A DNA stretch of 63,757 nt, the filler included, from Rhabdomonas costata (taxonomy: Eukaryota), in NCBI GenBank assembly GCA_019059605.1. It is 55 parts of 55 records of this genome, joined end to end, with 100 filler letters (N's around TTAATTAATTAA, not from the genome) between each part and the next. Parts side by side here need not be neighbours in the genome. Positions count along the whole stretch, not along the records: positions 11,622 to 12,683 come from JAHMHO010030699.1; positions 12,784 to 13,845 come from JAHMHO010030700.1; positions 13,946 to 15,007 come from JAHMHO010030701.1; positions 15,108 to 16,169 come from JAHMHO010030702.1; positions 16,270 to 17,331 come from JAHMHO010030703.1; positions 17,432 to 18,493 come from JAHMHO010030704.1; positions 18,594 to 19,655 come from JAHMHO010030705.1; positions 19,756 to 20,817 come from JAHMHO010030706.1; 47 more parts are not named here. The stretch is one strand, 5' to 3'. The notes under the pieces were generated by a model. The model saw only the letters and a program-made list of their open reading frames with translations. It did no database searches and was not told the DNA's origin. The number at the start of each line of letters is the position of its first letter. Position 1 is the first letter of the stretch. This document shows positions 12,550 to 25,221 of the stretch, in pieces. Both the position numbers and the translations under genes were made by a program.

Positions 12550-13986
12550 GTGTGTCTATCTTGCACTGCATGTGATTTTTGTGATTTTCACTCCTTCAGG
12601 CACCTTTCAAAAACCAAAAACCCTCAAAACGAAAAGGGTGAGGCTGGAGGCCAGGCCCCCTCCCCACCAAACACACCCACCACNNNNNNNNNNNNNNNNN
12701 NNNNNNNNNNNNNNNNNNNNNNNNNNNTTAATTAATTAANNNNNNNNNNNNNNNNNNNNNNNNNNNNNNNNNNNNNNNNNNNNTAGACGCCCGTGACCCC
12801 TCCCCGACTGTACATATCATGTGGTTGATGGTTTTTTTGGAAGAGGGTGGGAGAAGTGCGTGCTCCTTGCTTACAGGTGCCGTGGTCTAACTCCCTGTTG
12901 AGCTTTCCGGAATGCTTGGTGGAATACGATGATGGTCAGGGGACCGAGGACCACACCCCTTTGTGGTGTGGGCTTCGGGTGCGGATTGGGGTGCACATGG
13001 CGTTTTTTTTGTGACACAGCGTCCGTCTCCCGCCGGTTCTTGCCCTACAATACTCCAATTTCCTTCGCCCGCCCTGCTGCTCAACCTGTATTTTTTTGTA
13101 CCGTTTCCGGCCGTTACCTACTATCCTCCAGGTATTTGCGCCGCCCTATTCCCGAACTGATGCGCGGCAGTGGTCAAAAAAGCGAAGCCCTTCATCCGTA
13201 ATCCCGAAAGTATTTACGAGGAATTTACGAGGATTTTTAAGGACCAAGACCAGAAAGAATATGGAAGAACTCGGCCCAGCATCCTGCCAGCTGAGCGCAC
13301 TTGAAGGGTGAAAAGCGGAAAAGGGTGGGAGGGTGAAGGGGCCATGTTAGTGGTCGGAATGTTGGCAAAAACGGTGGCACCCGTGACCCGGGGAATATGG
13401 TGAGGTTTTGGGTGGAAATAGGCTTATTTTCCATTTGAAATCCACCGACGCTGGGCGAGTTTCGGGGTTCATTGCCTTTCAATCTCCGTTTCCGCCTGAT
13501 TGGCAGAGGTTGTGGGGTGGATCTGAATGGGAACGTATGTCTAGTGTCAATCTCAAGTGCAGCGTCCGTGCTGACATGATGTCGCTTTTCTTTCACTTCC
13601 GCAAACCAGAAAAAGACACGTTGCCTCTGCCCAAGGACAACCCTTTCCCGGGCACAGAGGATGAATAATGCCAGTTCTGAGGATAACCGAAAAACACACC
13701 ACTCCACTCCACTCCAATCTGAAACAGTATGTGAACATGTGAAAGTGCCGTACACTTCAGTGTGTCTCCTCTTCGGGGGTATATAAGAAAGCTCAAACGC
13801 GCAGAGATAGAACCCCCACCCCCCTTTGACTGCACACGTACACAANNNNNNNNNNNNNNNNNNNNNNNNNNNNNNNNNNNNNNNNNNNNTTAATTAATTA
13901 ANNNNNNNNNNNNNNNNNNNNNNNNNNNNNNNNNNNNNNNNNNNNGGGGGGGGTTGGCTCAGCACCTTCACATTCCTCCTCCGCAG

Positions 13987-14608
13987 TGGGGGGCCCGCCG
14001 CGAACCACTGCGTGCTGCTATGCAACCTTCTGCTGGGTGTGTGCGCGGGGTGTGTCTTCGACCAACGGCCGTCACAGGTTGATAGCCCGAAAGTGTCGTC
14101 TGCCAACTATGCAACAGGTTCTTGCATTTGCACGCGATGTCAACCGCACTAGTACGTTTTGTGGCATCAATGGTTTTCTGGTCTCAATTTGCTTGTGAGG
14201 CCTGTACTCCGGAAGACTGACGAGAGCGCCTCTGTGTGTGATTGGTAATAATACTGCAAACCTGTGCTCACAGGGTTTGGGTTGGATGCCTACGTTGTGT
14301 TTGGCCGTGACGAGGGAGGCCCCCACAGCTGGGTCCTCACCCGCTCCGGAGCCGGACCCTCTGCGGAGGTGACGTTCTGGGAATCCACCACGGGGTCCCG
14401 GTACGCCCACGTCCCGGGGGGATGTCCCGGGGGCGGCGCCGCGGCCCACCCCTACACCCACATCGGGTGTGTGTTCTCGGACTGCAGCTTCTACGCCAAC
14501 ATCGCCACTGACGACTCCGTCCACGGCTGTGTGTTCGACTTTGAGGACGAGCGGCGGTGGAAGCCCATGAGCACAATGAAGCTCCGGCTCGTCCGCAAGC
14601 AGCCGAAG
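13987..14608 (+). CDS. CEP76: Centrosomal protein CEP76 (transglutaminase-like region), exons 13987-14036 and 14274-14608
   Basis: NHCVLLCNLLLG|FGLDAYVVFG...PHSWVLT...VTFWESTTGSRY...HPYTHIGCVF...CVFDFEDERRWKPMS matches CEP76. GTGTG...CAG intron at 14037-14273. Confidence 0.88.
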
Positions 14609-16432
14609 GTGGGTGCCAAATTCTTGGCTGTTTTTGGGTGATTCTGCTCACCGATGAGCCCCTGCCGTCAATGGTGGACACTTGTTTATTATCGGCCATT
14701 TTTTGATGGTGGCACTGTTTTGTGGAACTTCTTCCAGACCAATTTTACCTGCTCTACCGACAACGAGGGCTCAGCAGCGGCATCGGAGTGGTGGGGGGTA
14801 TCATGACAGGGGTTGCGGAAACACCCATTCCACGGATACAAGGCCGGGCCACCATTTCTGGTGGAGCTGTGGAGTGACGCCAAATTTTTGGAATCCAAAA
14901 GACCCCCCCGGTCCTGCTTCGCCCTCTGACCCCATGCTGTAAGGCTAGTAAATTTTGGTGCCGATCAACATGTCAGGTCGTTTTAAGGGCACATCTGACC
15001 CAACACCNNNNNNNNNNNNNNNNNNNNNNNNNNNNNNNNNNNNNNNNNNNNTTAATTAATTAANNNNNNNNNNNNNNNNNNNNNNNNNNNNNNNNNNNNN
15101 NNNNNNNTTTTTTTTTTATATTCCATTGACATGAATGTTCTTCATGCTCGGTTGTTTGGGATGAATCATCGGGGTGTTGTATGCTGCACCACCCGATAGG
15201 CAGAGTCACTGTCCTGGATACATTCGATGCTTGTTTTGGAAACCCGGTTGCCAGCGGCATCCTCGATATTGTCAAAAAGCTGTGCAGGCTGAAATGGGTA
15301 AGTGGTGGATCAAACCATGATATCTTCAAAATGATGGTAAGGTTCACTGAGGTTAAGCAACACTGGACCATTCCCAACACGGAAGTTCCTCCTACTGGTA
15401 GCGCACGTTGTTAAATTTGTTAGTAAAATTATATTGCTCTAAAAGTCATGATTGTGCGGCCTGGAGTCCACAGACGCATGACCTTGAGGTGTGCTAGTGC
15501 CCATTCATAAACCCTCTCTCCCCTCAGCCTCCCCTCAGACCTCCACAGCGTCACTTCCAGGAGGCCGCGGCGGTGGAGGGTGGGCTTCCGACCGTGCTGC
15601 GTAAGGCCGCGCTGGTGATGATGCAACCGTTGTGGAGTGGGCTATGGTTGGCCATCGACTCTTCTGGAACAATGGTGTGGACTCGCGACATTCGGACAGA
15701 ATGCCAACCGCGAAAGAAAAATGGAATGCTTTTGCATGATGAAGAAAATTGGATGGCTTTGAATCCAAGGGAGGGGATGAGTATAGAATGACTTGATCGG
15801 AAAAATGTAAGGAATTTGCCATTGGATTTACATTTCTTACCTTACATTTCCAACCAATTATGAAATGCAAGCTATGAGGGACAACCTCTAGATCGGTGCG
15901 TTGGGTAGGCAGTCCGCATGGCCTTTCTCCTTTTGTCGCTTCGATGACATAGTAGAATGTGCGTTTTTCATGCACTGAGCGGTGCAGGGATGCATGCTCC
16001 TTTGAACTTTGCAGGTCGTGTTTAACCCCCAGAACCGCAGCGCCAACAGCACAGTTGTCCCTAAGCGCCTTCGGTTTGTCGCCAGCCAGGCAGTGGCCTT
16101 CCAGCCCACACTGCCCATCCACTACCCCGACATCCTTCTCTTCCCCGGACGCGGGACACCCCCAACCACNNNNNNNNNNNNNNNNNNNNNNNNNNNNNNN
16201 NNNNNNNNNNNNNTTAATTAATTAANNNNNNNNNNNNNNNNNNNNNNNNNNNNNNNNNNNNNNNNNNNNTTTTGTTCTGGTTCTCAGAGCAGCTCCGGGA
16301 GCCAGAGCAAAGCGAATAAAATATAGCGAAACACAAAAGGATGATTAGAAAGTGCAAGCGAGCCAACAGGACAGAAGGAATAGGGTGCAAAACAGCTCGA
16401 CCTGTGAAAGAAACATGTGACATGCAAACCTA

Positions 16433-16612
16433 GTGACGACAAGTCTGCGAAAAGGTATCATGTCGAACGGACATAGGCGGTGGCGTGACATGGAGTGGGC
16501 AGCTGAATATTTGATGCAATTCAATCTCTGCGCCCAAATCATAGAGGGCAACCGTGTAGCGCAGCAACCCACTATCTATGCTATCATCCAACTTTTACAA
16601 GAGAAAAAGGCA
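16433..16612 (+). mobile_element. Possible hAT transposase remnant
   Basis: WRDMEWAAEYLMQFNLCAQIIEGNRVAQQPTIYAIIQLL resembles the hAT W......FL.PF...T..LEG...PTI motif. The surrounding frames are broken. Confidence 0.35.
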
Positions 16613-17480
16613 CCTTCGAAGGCCCAAACATCATCATCAACTATTCAGCAAAAGCAAAACCAGTGATGCAGGCCCCCTAATCGTTGACCAACCCAAGAGT
16701 GCACTAACTCAATCGGCAGCAACTCGTTCGCAGTCACCTCGACAAGAACGACCGTCAGAGGAACCGCAAAGAAGCATAAAATCAAGGGTGATTGTACAGA
16801 TTAGGTGTACAGTCCGCAGAGTCATCCGAAGTCATCGGGAACCACACGTGCAGCCTCGAATCATCAAGGATATTGTACGAGCGCAAGTTTCGCTCCTGAT
16901 CTCCAAGAAGAGTATCCCGGTAAACCAGAGCCACTGATGAGGCACTCCCACGCTTCCGAATCTGAAGAACAACAAAACCACGAAGGAACTAAGGAAACAA
17001 AGAGAGTTTCTCGCTAGTGCGATTCGAAAAGAGCCGGGTCAGTGCATGCTGTATATGCATGCCCAAGACGGTACATTGTAAGTTGGGGACCTGGTGAACC
17101 TTAGGATATTCTCACACATCGAAGGTGTACACTGATACATCGAAATTCCTCCTGAGAGTTTAAACGCCAAGGAAGCCACTCAAAAGACTCTCAGCAGGCA
17201 TGGATGCCACAACTTCCATCCCTTACAAGAGAATTTTCGGACGTCAATTGACCACGTCAGCAAGTGGGAACAGCAGTTGCCAATTCCACGCCCAAAGAAA
17301 ATGGATGTGAAAGATTGAAGCAAACACAACCNNNNNNNNNNNNNNNNNNNNNNNNNNNNNNNNNNNNNNNNNNNNTTAATTAATTAANNNNNNNNNNNNN
17401 NNNNNNNNNNNNNNNNNNNNNNNNNNNNNNNTGTGTTTGGGGGCTGGTCTTGGCTCCATGAAAATTTCCCATCCAATATC

Positions 17481-18037
17481 TTAAGCGCCTTCAATGGTGA
17501 CAGGGTTCTTCTTGGCAACTTTGTGAGCGAGCCAGGACTCCATGCCTTGCATGAAATCAAAAATCAAGTTGGGTGTACGAAAGCGTTTTGATAGGGCATC
17601 CACGTGTGTTTTGAACTTAGCTTGGTAGGCAGGGTAATCTCCGTTGTACAATTGACATTGTGCGTTAGCTCGTAGATGAGTTGGTAATGGTGGTGCTTCG
17701 TTAGGTAGTGCGCCTTTTTTAGCATGTCTGTGAACTTGTCCCATGAGGTGAAAGGTTGCCCAATAGCGAAGATGCCACGTCCCGCGTCTCCAAAGGCCAT
17801 CTGGGCGTAGCGGATGGCAACCTGGTCTGGGACTTCTCGCTGGCATTTTCTTTCGTTCACTCTAACCAGCCAGTCCATGAAGTGTTTTAGCTTTCCGTAG
17901 AACTTTTCGAACTCAGGATCTTTTTCCTGTAGTTTCCTGAGTCCTGAACGTGATCCTAAGACTGCTTGGAAAGAGGCACCGGTAGGTTGCACGAAGTTTT
18001 GCATCATGGTCATTAGATGGGTATGGTTCTGAGCCAT
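17481..18037 (-). mobile_element. Ty3/Gypsy gag pseudogene (frameshifted) with putative 5' leader upstream
   Basis: KFYGKLKHFMDWL...AIRYAQMAF.DAG...TSWDKFTDMLKK, then after a frameshift YQAKF...LIFDFMQGMESWLAHKVAKKNPVTIEGA*; this is the Retrotrans_gag pattern. Confidence 0.75.
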
Positions 18038-19104
18038 TAGTGTGATTGCTTCTCCTAGTAGTTCTGGGGTAAAGGGTCTGGTTCGTTAAAAGAAGACGGG
18101 GTTGCATGGGGCACGGTAGGGACTGCGGTGGTGCGCTCATTTATATCTCGGTATGTATGTGTGTGTGGGATTCCCTTGTTCAAAAGAATTTATTCTTACT
18201 CGAAGCCGGTAGTGGAAAAGCGGTATAAATAAAACAAATCTTCAAAATAAAGCCTTTTCTTTCAAAGTCGGTAGAAAAAACCAAAATTGGACACAAAAAG
18301 TCAAAAAGTTACATCAATTCAATGGCCCAAGTGTTTGGGTCAAATCCGGTAGTTTTGTATGGATGGGAGTTTTGTTTAGCAAAAGGGGGTTTCCAATTAG
18401 ATTCATTTAGTTTTGGTCTTATGCGGTAGTAAAATAAAACAAGCCGGTAGGGTCAAGTGGCCAAAAGGTCCGCGGGGGAAAAGCGGGACAAAANNNNNNN
18501 NNNNNNNNNNNNNNNNNNNNNNNNNNNNNNNNNNNNNTTAATTAATTAANNNNNNNNNNNNNNNNNNNNNNNNNNNNNNNNNNNNNNNNNNNNTTGTGGG
18601 TTGTTTTCCATTTTATTGGTGAGGGTTACTGGGCTGCTCTCTTATCCTTTTTGTTTCCAAAAGCAAACATATAACCGTTTGTTACAATGCGTTGGACTGT
18701 GGAAGAGAGTGCGGTGGAGGTCTATCATTGCTGCGGCTCAGAAGAAGGAGCTTTACGAGCCATGAAGAGACAATGAGGGCAGGAGCTGCTGCCTGCAAGC
18801 CAGAAATTGGTTCACAGCCTTCCAGAGCGCATGAAGTGTGCCTGGGGCATCGCTCCAGGTGAGTGCATGGTGGACTGATTCGGCCGCAGCGGTGGCTGTA
18901 CAGTGGGTAATTCGGATGACCCCACGGCTGTCTGTGTGGCGGTTGATCGCAAAGACGTGAATCATCCGGTTCAGGGTCCAGAGCGTTTCGCGTCAGCAGC
19001 TGCGGCTCTACCACTACACTCTGCAGCTATATCAAAGACTGCATTGCTGGGATAGGGCGAATTGAATTCATTTCTGTAAAAGTGTGGAAGTCCATTCTTC
19101 CGGC

Positions 19105-19639
19105 ATTCTTTTCTCTTTACGGAGGAAGCCAATTTTATTTAAACACAAACGTCAGCAAAAAACCTGCCGTGTATGTGGGACAAAAAACAACACGCCATCG
19201 TGGAGCAATGCCAGCAATCACCTCACATTACGGTGTGGTGTGGTCTTTTTTCACGGGTGATCGTTGGACCCTACTTTTTCTAGTGATGTGGAAGGACTGT
19301 TAATGTGGACGGAGCCCTGTACACGTGGATGCTGGACGAGTTTCGTCTTGTTCCGTCTTTAAGCCGACGCCATATTCCCATACACATGGTGCTACGGTGC
19401 TGGTCCCCACACAAAGCGTTGTGTTTTTGGCCCGACTTTACAGTCTCTTTCCTGGAAACGTTCTTTCCCAGTGGTGTACTGTCACATTTGACACCAATGT
19501 TACCGCACCTCTACCACTGGACTTTTTATTGTGGGGCCAACTCAAGGAGACCGTCTTCGCCCAACAGGTGCGCACGCTACTGCAGCTTCAAAGCCGTGTG
19601 ACTCACGCCCTCCGCCACTTTCAAGAAGGCCATGGATAA
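19105..19639 (+). mobile_element. Tc1/mariner-superfamily transposase pseudogene
   Basis: Across frameshifts: SQFYLNTNVSKK (cf. FSDEAHFHLNGYVNKQN), VVWSFFTGDR, GALYTWML and LPLDFLLWGQLKETVFAQQVRTLLQLQSRV (cf. LTPLDFFLWGYLK..VY...PRTL.EL). Confidence 0.75.
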
Positions 19640-22297
19640 CGTGGCCACACAAACANNNNNNNNNNNNNNNNNNNNNNNNNNNNNNNNNNNNNNNNNNNNT
19701 TAATTAATTAANNNNNNNNNNNNNNNNNNNNNNNNNNNNNNNNNNNNNNNNNNNNTTTGTTTTTCCCTTTCACCAAAAGGAAAAAGGAAAAAACTATCCG
19801 AACTATCCCTTGCCTTTTCAGCTCACAAGCTGTCGTTGTTTGTGATTGTAATTTCTCAGCAGGTCACCAACCCTTGGGGGAGGGAGTACATTTAAATCAC
19901 TTCAATACTGCGAGTAATAAATGTTCAGCAAACTGCTGCAGCGTAGCAAGAATAACGAGAATATCAAAGTTCCCAGTCAAACTGTCCACATCGCATCGCG
20001 TGTTCGAAGCTTCGTCATGACCAGTTATTGAAGGCGTTTTGAGAGACAAGTTGCCCAACGAAGACACCCCACCCCCTAAAAAAACGCCTGCCCACAGTCC
20101 AGCTCTGCTTCCCAGAGCAAAACAATGATGAGAATGGGGAAATTCTGCCAGGGATCCACGAGCCCAATGCATTTTTTTTCATCTACGACTCACGCGAGAA
20201 AAACGGGCTGCTAGGTAAAAGAAAGAACCCAAAACTACCTTTGAAATCTACTGATGAGCAAAGGTGGTCGTTGAAAAAAGCCCCAAAAACAAACGCCTGC
20301 CCTTTGTCCAGCGCCATTTATCACTCCTCATTTTATGACAAGGGCGAAGCCTTGCACACCTCACTTTCAGAGTGGCCCTTTGGGGGGAATGTGGCGGGGG
20401 TGAACCTGGTTTCCCACAGTGCAGGGGAATTCTCGAGTGGGGTGGTAGACAGGCAGCACCCCAGAAGTCGGGTACCGCAGCACCGCCGCGGGGAGACACT
20501 GAATCTGGCAGTCAACCTGTCACAAGAGGGGAAGACCAGGAAGCAGATCCTGGGAGTCACCAGCCAGCATGTCGGACACCGACAATCATTATGGCATCAC
20601 GCACCTGCCCTACGACGATTTTCAGATTTTCAGATTTTCCGCGCGGTGCTTGCAGGCAGAAACAGGAGGACTACAGGAAAACTCTGACCTTTATCCAAGT
20701 GGGGAAAGAGAGCACAGGCCCTGCGAGCAACTCTGACAGTTAACCCCACCAAGGGTGGGAAACGATGAGAAACCCGCAATTAACCAAGAGCACGTCGTTT
20801 ACCATTCACACACAACCNNNNNNNNNNNNNNNNNNNNNNNNNNNNNNNNNNNNNNNNNNNNTTAATTAATTAANNNNNNNNNNNNNNNNNNNNNNNNNNN
20901 NNNNNNNNNNNNNNNNNCCACTAAAACATGAGGTTTTAAAAATTGGGAGGTTTCCCTATGCGTTCTCCCCAATTATCCTGTCACCAAGTTGGGGGGACTC
21001 GTGTGGACATTTGCGCAAAACGATCGCGGTTCATGGTACCCGGAAAAAGCGCCATTAATGTGAGCAAGTTCTTGTTGACCAGCTTTCTAATTGCCGTTCG
21101 CCAGATTGCGGTAAGACGGCCCTGGATGAACGAGTAGCGTCCCTTTCGCACTTTAAATGCAGTGGATAGTTGAGTCAAATTTCCCATCAAAAAGGGGTAT
21201 GGTGAAACTCCGGCAAAAAAATTCCGAAGGCGATAGACGGCATCCTGAACATACTTTAAGTCAGTCGCAGCCGGTTAAGTTTGTTAAATGGCCAAAGGGC
21301 ACATGGAGGGCAAGGGATCTCGATGAGGAACATCGTTGCGAACGTGATGAAATCTGCACGCTGTTTGGTGCTGGCCTATGAACCATTGCCGCGGTGTTTA
21401 GATTATTTCTTACATGTTCGGGTTTGTTTCTCTTCTGAATTCTCATTCGAGGATGGGATGTGACTTCGCATTAATTGTTCTGCAAATTTTCAATTAAAGG
21501 CGGTAACTGGGCAACGCTTTTTGACACCTGGAAAAGACGACGGCGTTCGCTATCATCTTGTCATTTGTCAAAAAAAACGATAGCGACGAAAAAAAATGTC
21601 GATGCCGTTCAGGGAGGGGTGATGGACCAAGAAGACCTGAGTTAGAATAAAAGAAGGGAAAAGTAAAATCGGAAACAAACAATGGAAACAAAAATTACCG
21701 TCAGTTGCCCGAAGTATGGCACAGAAGGGCAACAAGTAAGATGCGAAATGCCACGAAGAAAAGAGAAAGGCCTGGCGCCTGTTCCTTTCCTCTGGTCTGC
21801 ATGCGCTGTTCCAGGTTCCCAGTCCCAGGTTCCCCCTAGGACAGGTTCATTTAGAAGCAGGGGAGTTAGGTGAACTTTGCAGTTCCCACCTACAAGGGCC
21901 GGACAAAAAAAGCAACGGCAAGGTAATTCAGACTCTCGTCAAGACAAACACCCCCAACCATAGAACCAAACAGNNNNNNNNNNNNNNNNNNNNNNNNNNN
22001 NNNNNNNNNNNNNNNNNTTAATTAATTAANNNNNNNNNNNNNNNNNNNNNNNNNNNNNNNNNNNNNNNNNNNNTTTTTTGTGGGGCTTCCAGTACGCCAA
22101 CTCCCGCACGTACTGGAAGCCCCACAAAAAAAAAATAAAGGCAGCAGGTGCACGGCAAAAGAAAAGGGCGGGGCACAATGCAGCGCAGTGCGAAGTTTCA
22201 CGCATTGAGAAATCCAAACGTTGGAGCAGGGGACGTCACCACCCCGCGTTCAAGAATTTTATTGTATTGAACGAAAATGCAAGGGAGGAGTATTCAC

Positions 22298-22875
22298 CTT
22301 GTCCAAGGAGGTGCCATCCCCAGTGAACTCCGCGTCGTGGGTGCCCGTGGAAGCCAATAAGTCCAGGTGCTGCCGGTTCAAGCTTTCTAGCTGGGACTGC
22401 AGATTCTCGTTCTCCCGCCGCAGCCGCTCGGCCCGCTCGGAGGCCTTCTGCTCATGAAGGTGAGGTGAGGTGCAGGGAAAGTTCGCTCACGATGGCGTTC
22501 ACAATCTAAATCGCACACTGGATGTTGCTTTCAAGAACACACTCAGAATGCCACTCGGTCGGAAGCGGGTTGCAAGATGGACTGAAGCAGCAGTCTCCAG
22601 AAAGAGGGTCAGTTGGATGAAGCAATTCGCTTCGCTTTCTTGTGTGTCACTTATCCACCCGCGTTTAAATCAAAACTCGAAAGCAGCCAAGCAACAGTCA
22701 CGCAAGAAACACAGCCAGCGAGCAGACCTCTCCGTAGTGGAATGTCATGCGGAGCTCCGCAATGTGGCGCACCGCGGAGGCCTTCTTCAGGTCGGACTCT
22801 GTCGGGGTCTTGACCTCCTTGCGGGAGGGCACCTCAGAGGGCCACCCCACGGTCCGGGTGAAGTTCGGGGTCATC
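22298..22875 (-). CDS. Two exons of an unknown coiled-coil protein
   Basis: MTPNFTRTVGWPSEVPSRKEVK...FHYGE|GT...CAG|KASERAERLRRENENLQSQLESLNRQHLDLL...LDK|GTGAA. High GC3 and consistent phase. Confidence 0.45.
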
Positions 22876-23739
22876 CTGAGCTCGGGAAGCCGCTGCGGGA
22901 CTCCGGGGGTGCTGAGGGTGGCTCAGGGGAGACTCCAGGGCCAGGGCGAGTCCTGCGGAGACAGTTAGAAAAAATTTCAGCCATTGTCCAAGGTCCAAGG
23001 AGAAGAGTTCCATCCTTACCGCGTCCGCTGGACAAAGCACAACCAAAATACAGTGCTGTAATCTCAGGACACGCGAACTCGCGACCAAACCACGCACCCA
23101 AATGATGTTCGCTCCTTTGGAAAGCACCCAAAAAANNNNNNNNNNNNNNNNNNNNNNNNNNNNNNNNNNNNNNNNNNNNTTAATTAATTAANNNNNNNNN
23201 NNNNNNNNNNNNNNNNNNNNNNNNNNNNNNNNNNNGGTGGGGTGGGAAGCAACGCTGCCTGAAGACAAAGCTCTCTGAAGCTCTCCACGATTCTCCGAAG
23301 TGATGCGATGTTTTTACATTCATTTACATACATTTTTGTGCGCCAATACTAAAATGCTCAGCCCGAGAAGTGGGGTTAGAGTTAGAGTGGATTTTTATAC
23401 CTCTTTCCCTGGACAAGAAAACTTTGATTCGCGATGTGCGTCATCATAATGACCCACAATGAGCATTGCTCGCCGTAGCACCGTTGCTTCCCACCCACTT
23501 ACTTATTCGCTTGTCCTCTTAAGTTGCTCGGTGTTTTTCTTCTCTCTCGCTTCCCCATCCCATTTTCACAGCGCTAGTAGTGTTTGCTTCGACTCCGATT
23601 CTCCACCAAATTCTTTTGGTTGTCCAGATCTTGGACCTCAGGCACAACAGCGTCACTGATCCGCAATGCCCACAGACAACGGTGAGGTGGGTCCACCCAT
23701 GGCCGCCCTTCCTCAGCTCGGCAATAAAAAAAGCCATAC

Positions 23740-23961
23740 GTGGCGGCGGTCGTACTCCGCCTTCGCAGCGTCCATGTCCTTCTTCAGCGCGGTCAGCGCG
23801 GCCGAGGCCGCGATCTCCATCGCAAGCACCTCCTCGTCGAACTTCTTCTGCAGCGTCTCCATGTCTGCTTCGGCCTGGTTCACCCGCTGCTGAGCCTCAG
23901 AAAGGTACTGTATCAGACTCTGTGAGACCTGCTCGTTCTCCTCGCAGTGCTTCTGGTCCTC
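23740..23961 (-). CDS. Coiled-coil protein exon
   Basis: EDQKHCEENEQVSQSLIQYLSEAQQRVNQAEADMETLQKKFDEEV...AEYDRR shows heptads and ends at a GTATG donor. Confidence 0.55.
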
Positions 23962-24396
23962 CTGACAACCACACCCACACCCCATGGGGTTGAAAACCTG
24001 GCGAGAGTTGAAGGCCTCGCTCTCACAGCTTTAGGGCCCTTCGTTGACAGATCAGATGGCAATCGCCTAGTGCCGCGCGGGGTACCTCGGTCTTGAATTG
24101 AAACCCCCCCTTTTCATGTTTCTTCTTGCATTTAGCATTCTTTGACAAGGAAAAGCCCGCTAAGTTCTCGAAACATACTGAAACGCAACAACACAGTATT
24201 TTTATAGGTCCCAATGCTTCAGAAAATCAAAAATTTCCAGCGATATTGCCGACTTTAATGTCTCCCCCTAAACAGCTGCTTCGTTCAAACGAACAGNNNN
24301 NNNNNNNNNNNNNNNNNNNNNNNNNNNNNNNNNNNNNNNNTTAATTAATTAANNNNNNNNNNNNNNNNNNNNNNNNNNNNNNNNNNNNNNNNNNNN

Positions 24397-25221
24397 AGAC
24401 ACATCCAAGGCCATGCGGATGCTGGAGGACGAGGGTGGGGTGGACGTGACCACAGACCTGCCAACGAACGAACGAACGAACAACGAGAGAGTGGAAAACA
24501 AAAAGGAAGAAGGACGCGAAAAACGAGGAGGGTGCGAAGGGGGGCGCGCGTCTGCCTAGGAATGATTCCAACTTGCTGGCGCTGCCCTGGGATGTTGTTG
24601 TAGGCCTTGTGCAGGGCCTTGAAGTCGTCGTAGAAGACCTGCGAGGCCTGCTCCCCGAAGACGTCGCTGAAGTTCAGGGAGTTGCACAACGGGAAGCGCT
24701 GGCGGCCAGGGGCCGTGACGTTCAGCGTGGGGTCCCCACACGTCCCCATCCCATTCGGCCCTGTCCGGATTTCAGTAACAAAAGAACACAGAGAGCGGTC
24801 GGGGGGTTGAACATATGAATACAAATACAATACAAATACAATTGCTATAAAGGTAACCTTGACATCCGGAGATAGCTTTACGTGCGAGGAAAACCAAACA
24901 CACGAAATGCGCGCAAGTGCCCAGGAAGCGTCAACGCTACCCTCCCCAACATTTGTAGCGCATTGTTCTGGCAGTGGCAGCCCCCCCCCCGGGCAGGATC
25001 CGGTCTTCCGCTGGTCAGCACCGTGAGCTTCAGAAAAAAGAAGAGAATTGCGAGCTGAGGGTTGGTTGCAAAAGCAAGGGCATGCCAGAAATCATTCGAA
25101 CGTTGCGCTTCTTGGCCTCTTCGAAAAAAGCGGCGACGGCATCCTTAAAGATGACGTTGAAGAACAGCCCTGAGGTGGTCCCCGAGCGGGCCAGCATATT
25201 GAACAGTCGGACTGCATTGGC
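24397..25221 (-). CDS. guaD: Guanine deaminase (amidohydrolase family), exons 25221-25086, 25027-24941, 24760-24556, 24457-24397
   Basis: LFNMLARSGTTSGLFFNVIFKDAVAAFFEEAKKRNVRMIS matches GuaD LLRNGTTTALVFGTVHPQSVDALFEAA...NMRMIAG. FYDDFKALHKAYNN...VGIIPRSVVTSTP matches Y..SK.LIE.WH...YAITPRFAPTS.P. Exon lengths 136/87/205 keep the frame. Confidence 0.8.

Noticed and set aside
22074-22131. 23-bp perfect hairpin flanked by T/A runs, resembling an intrinsic terminator
   Set aside because: It begins at the first base of the contig in a eukaryotic context and matches the same fold-back artefact pattern.
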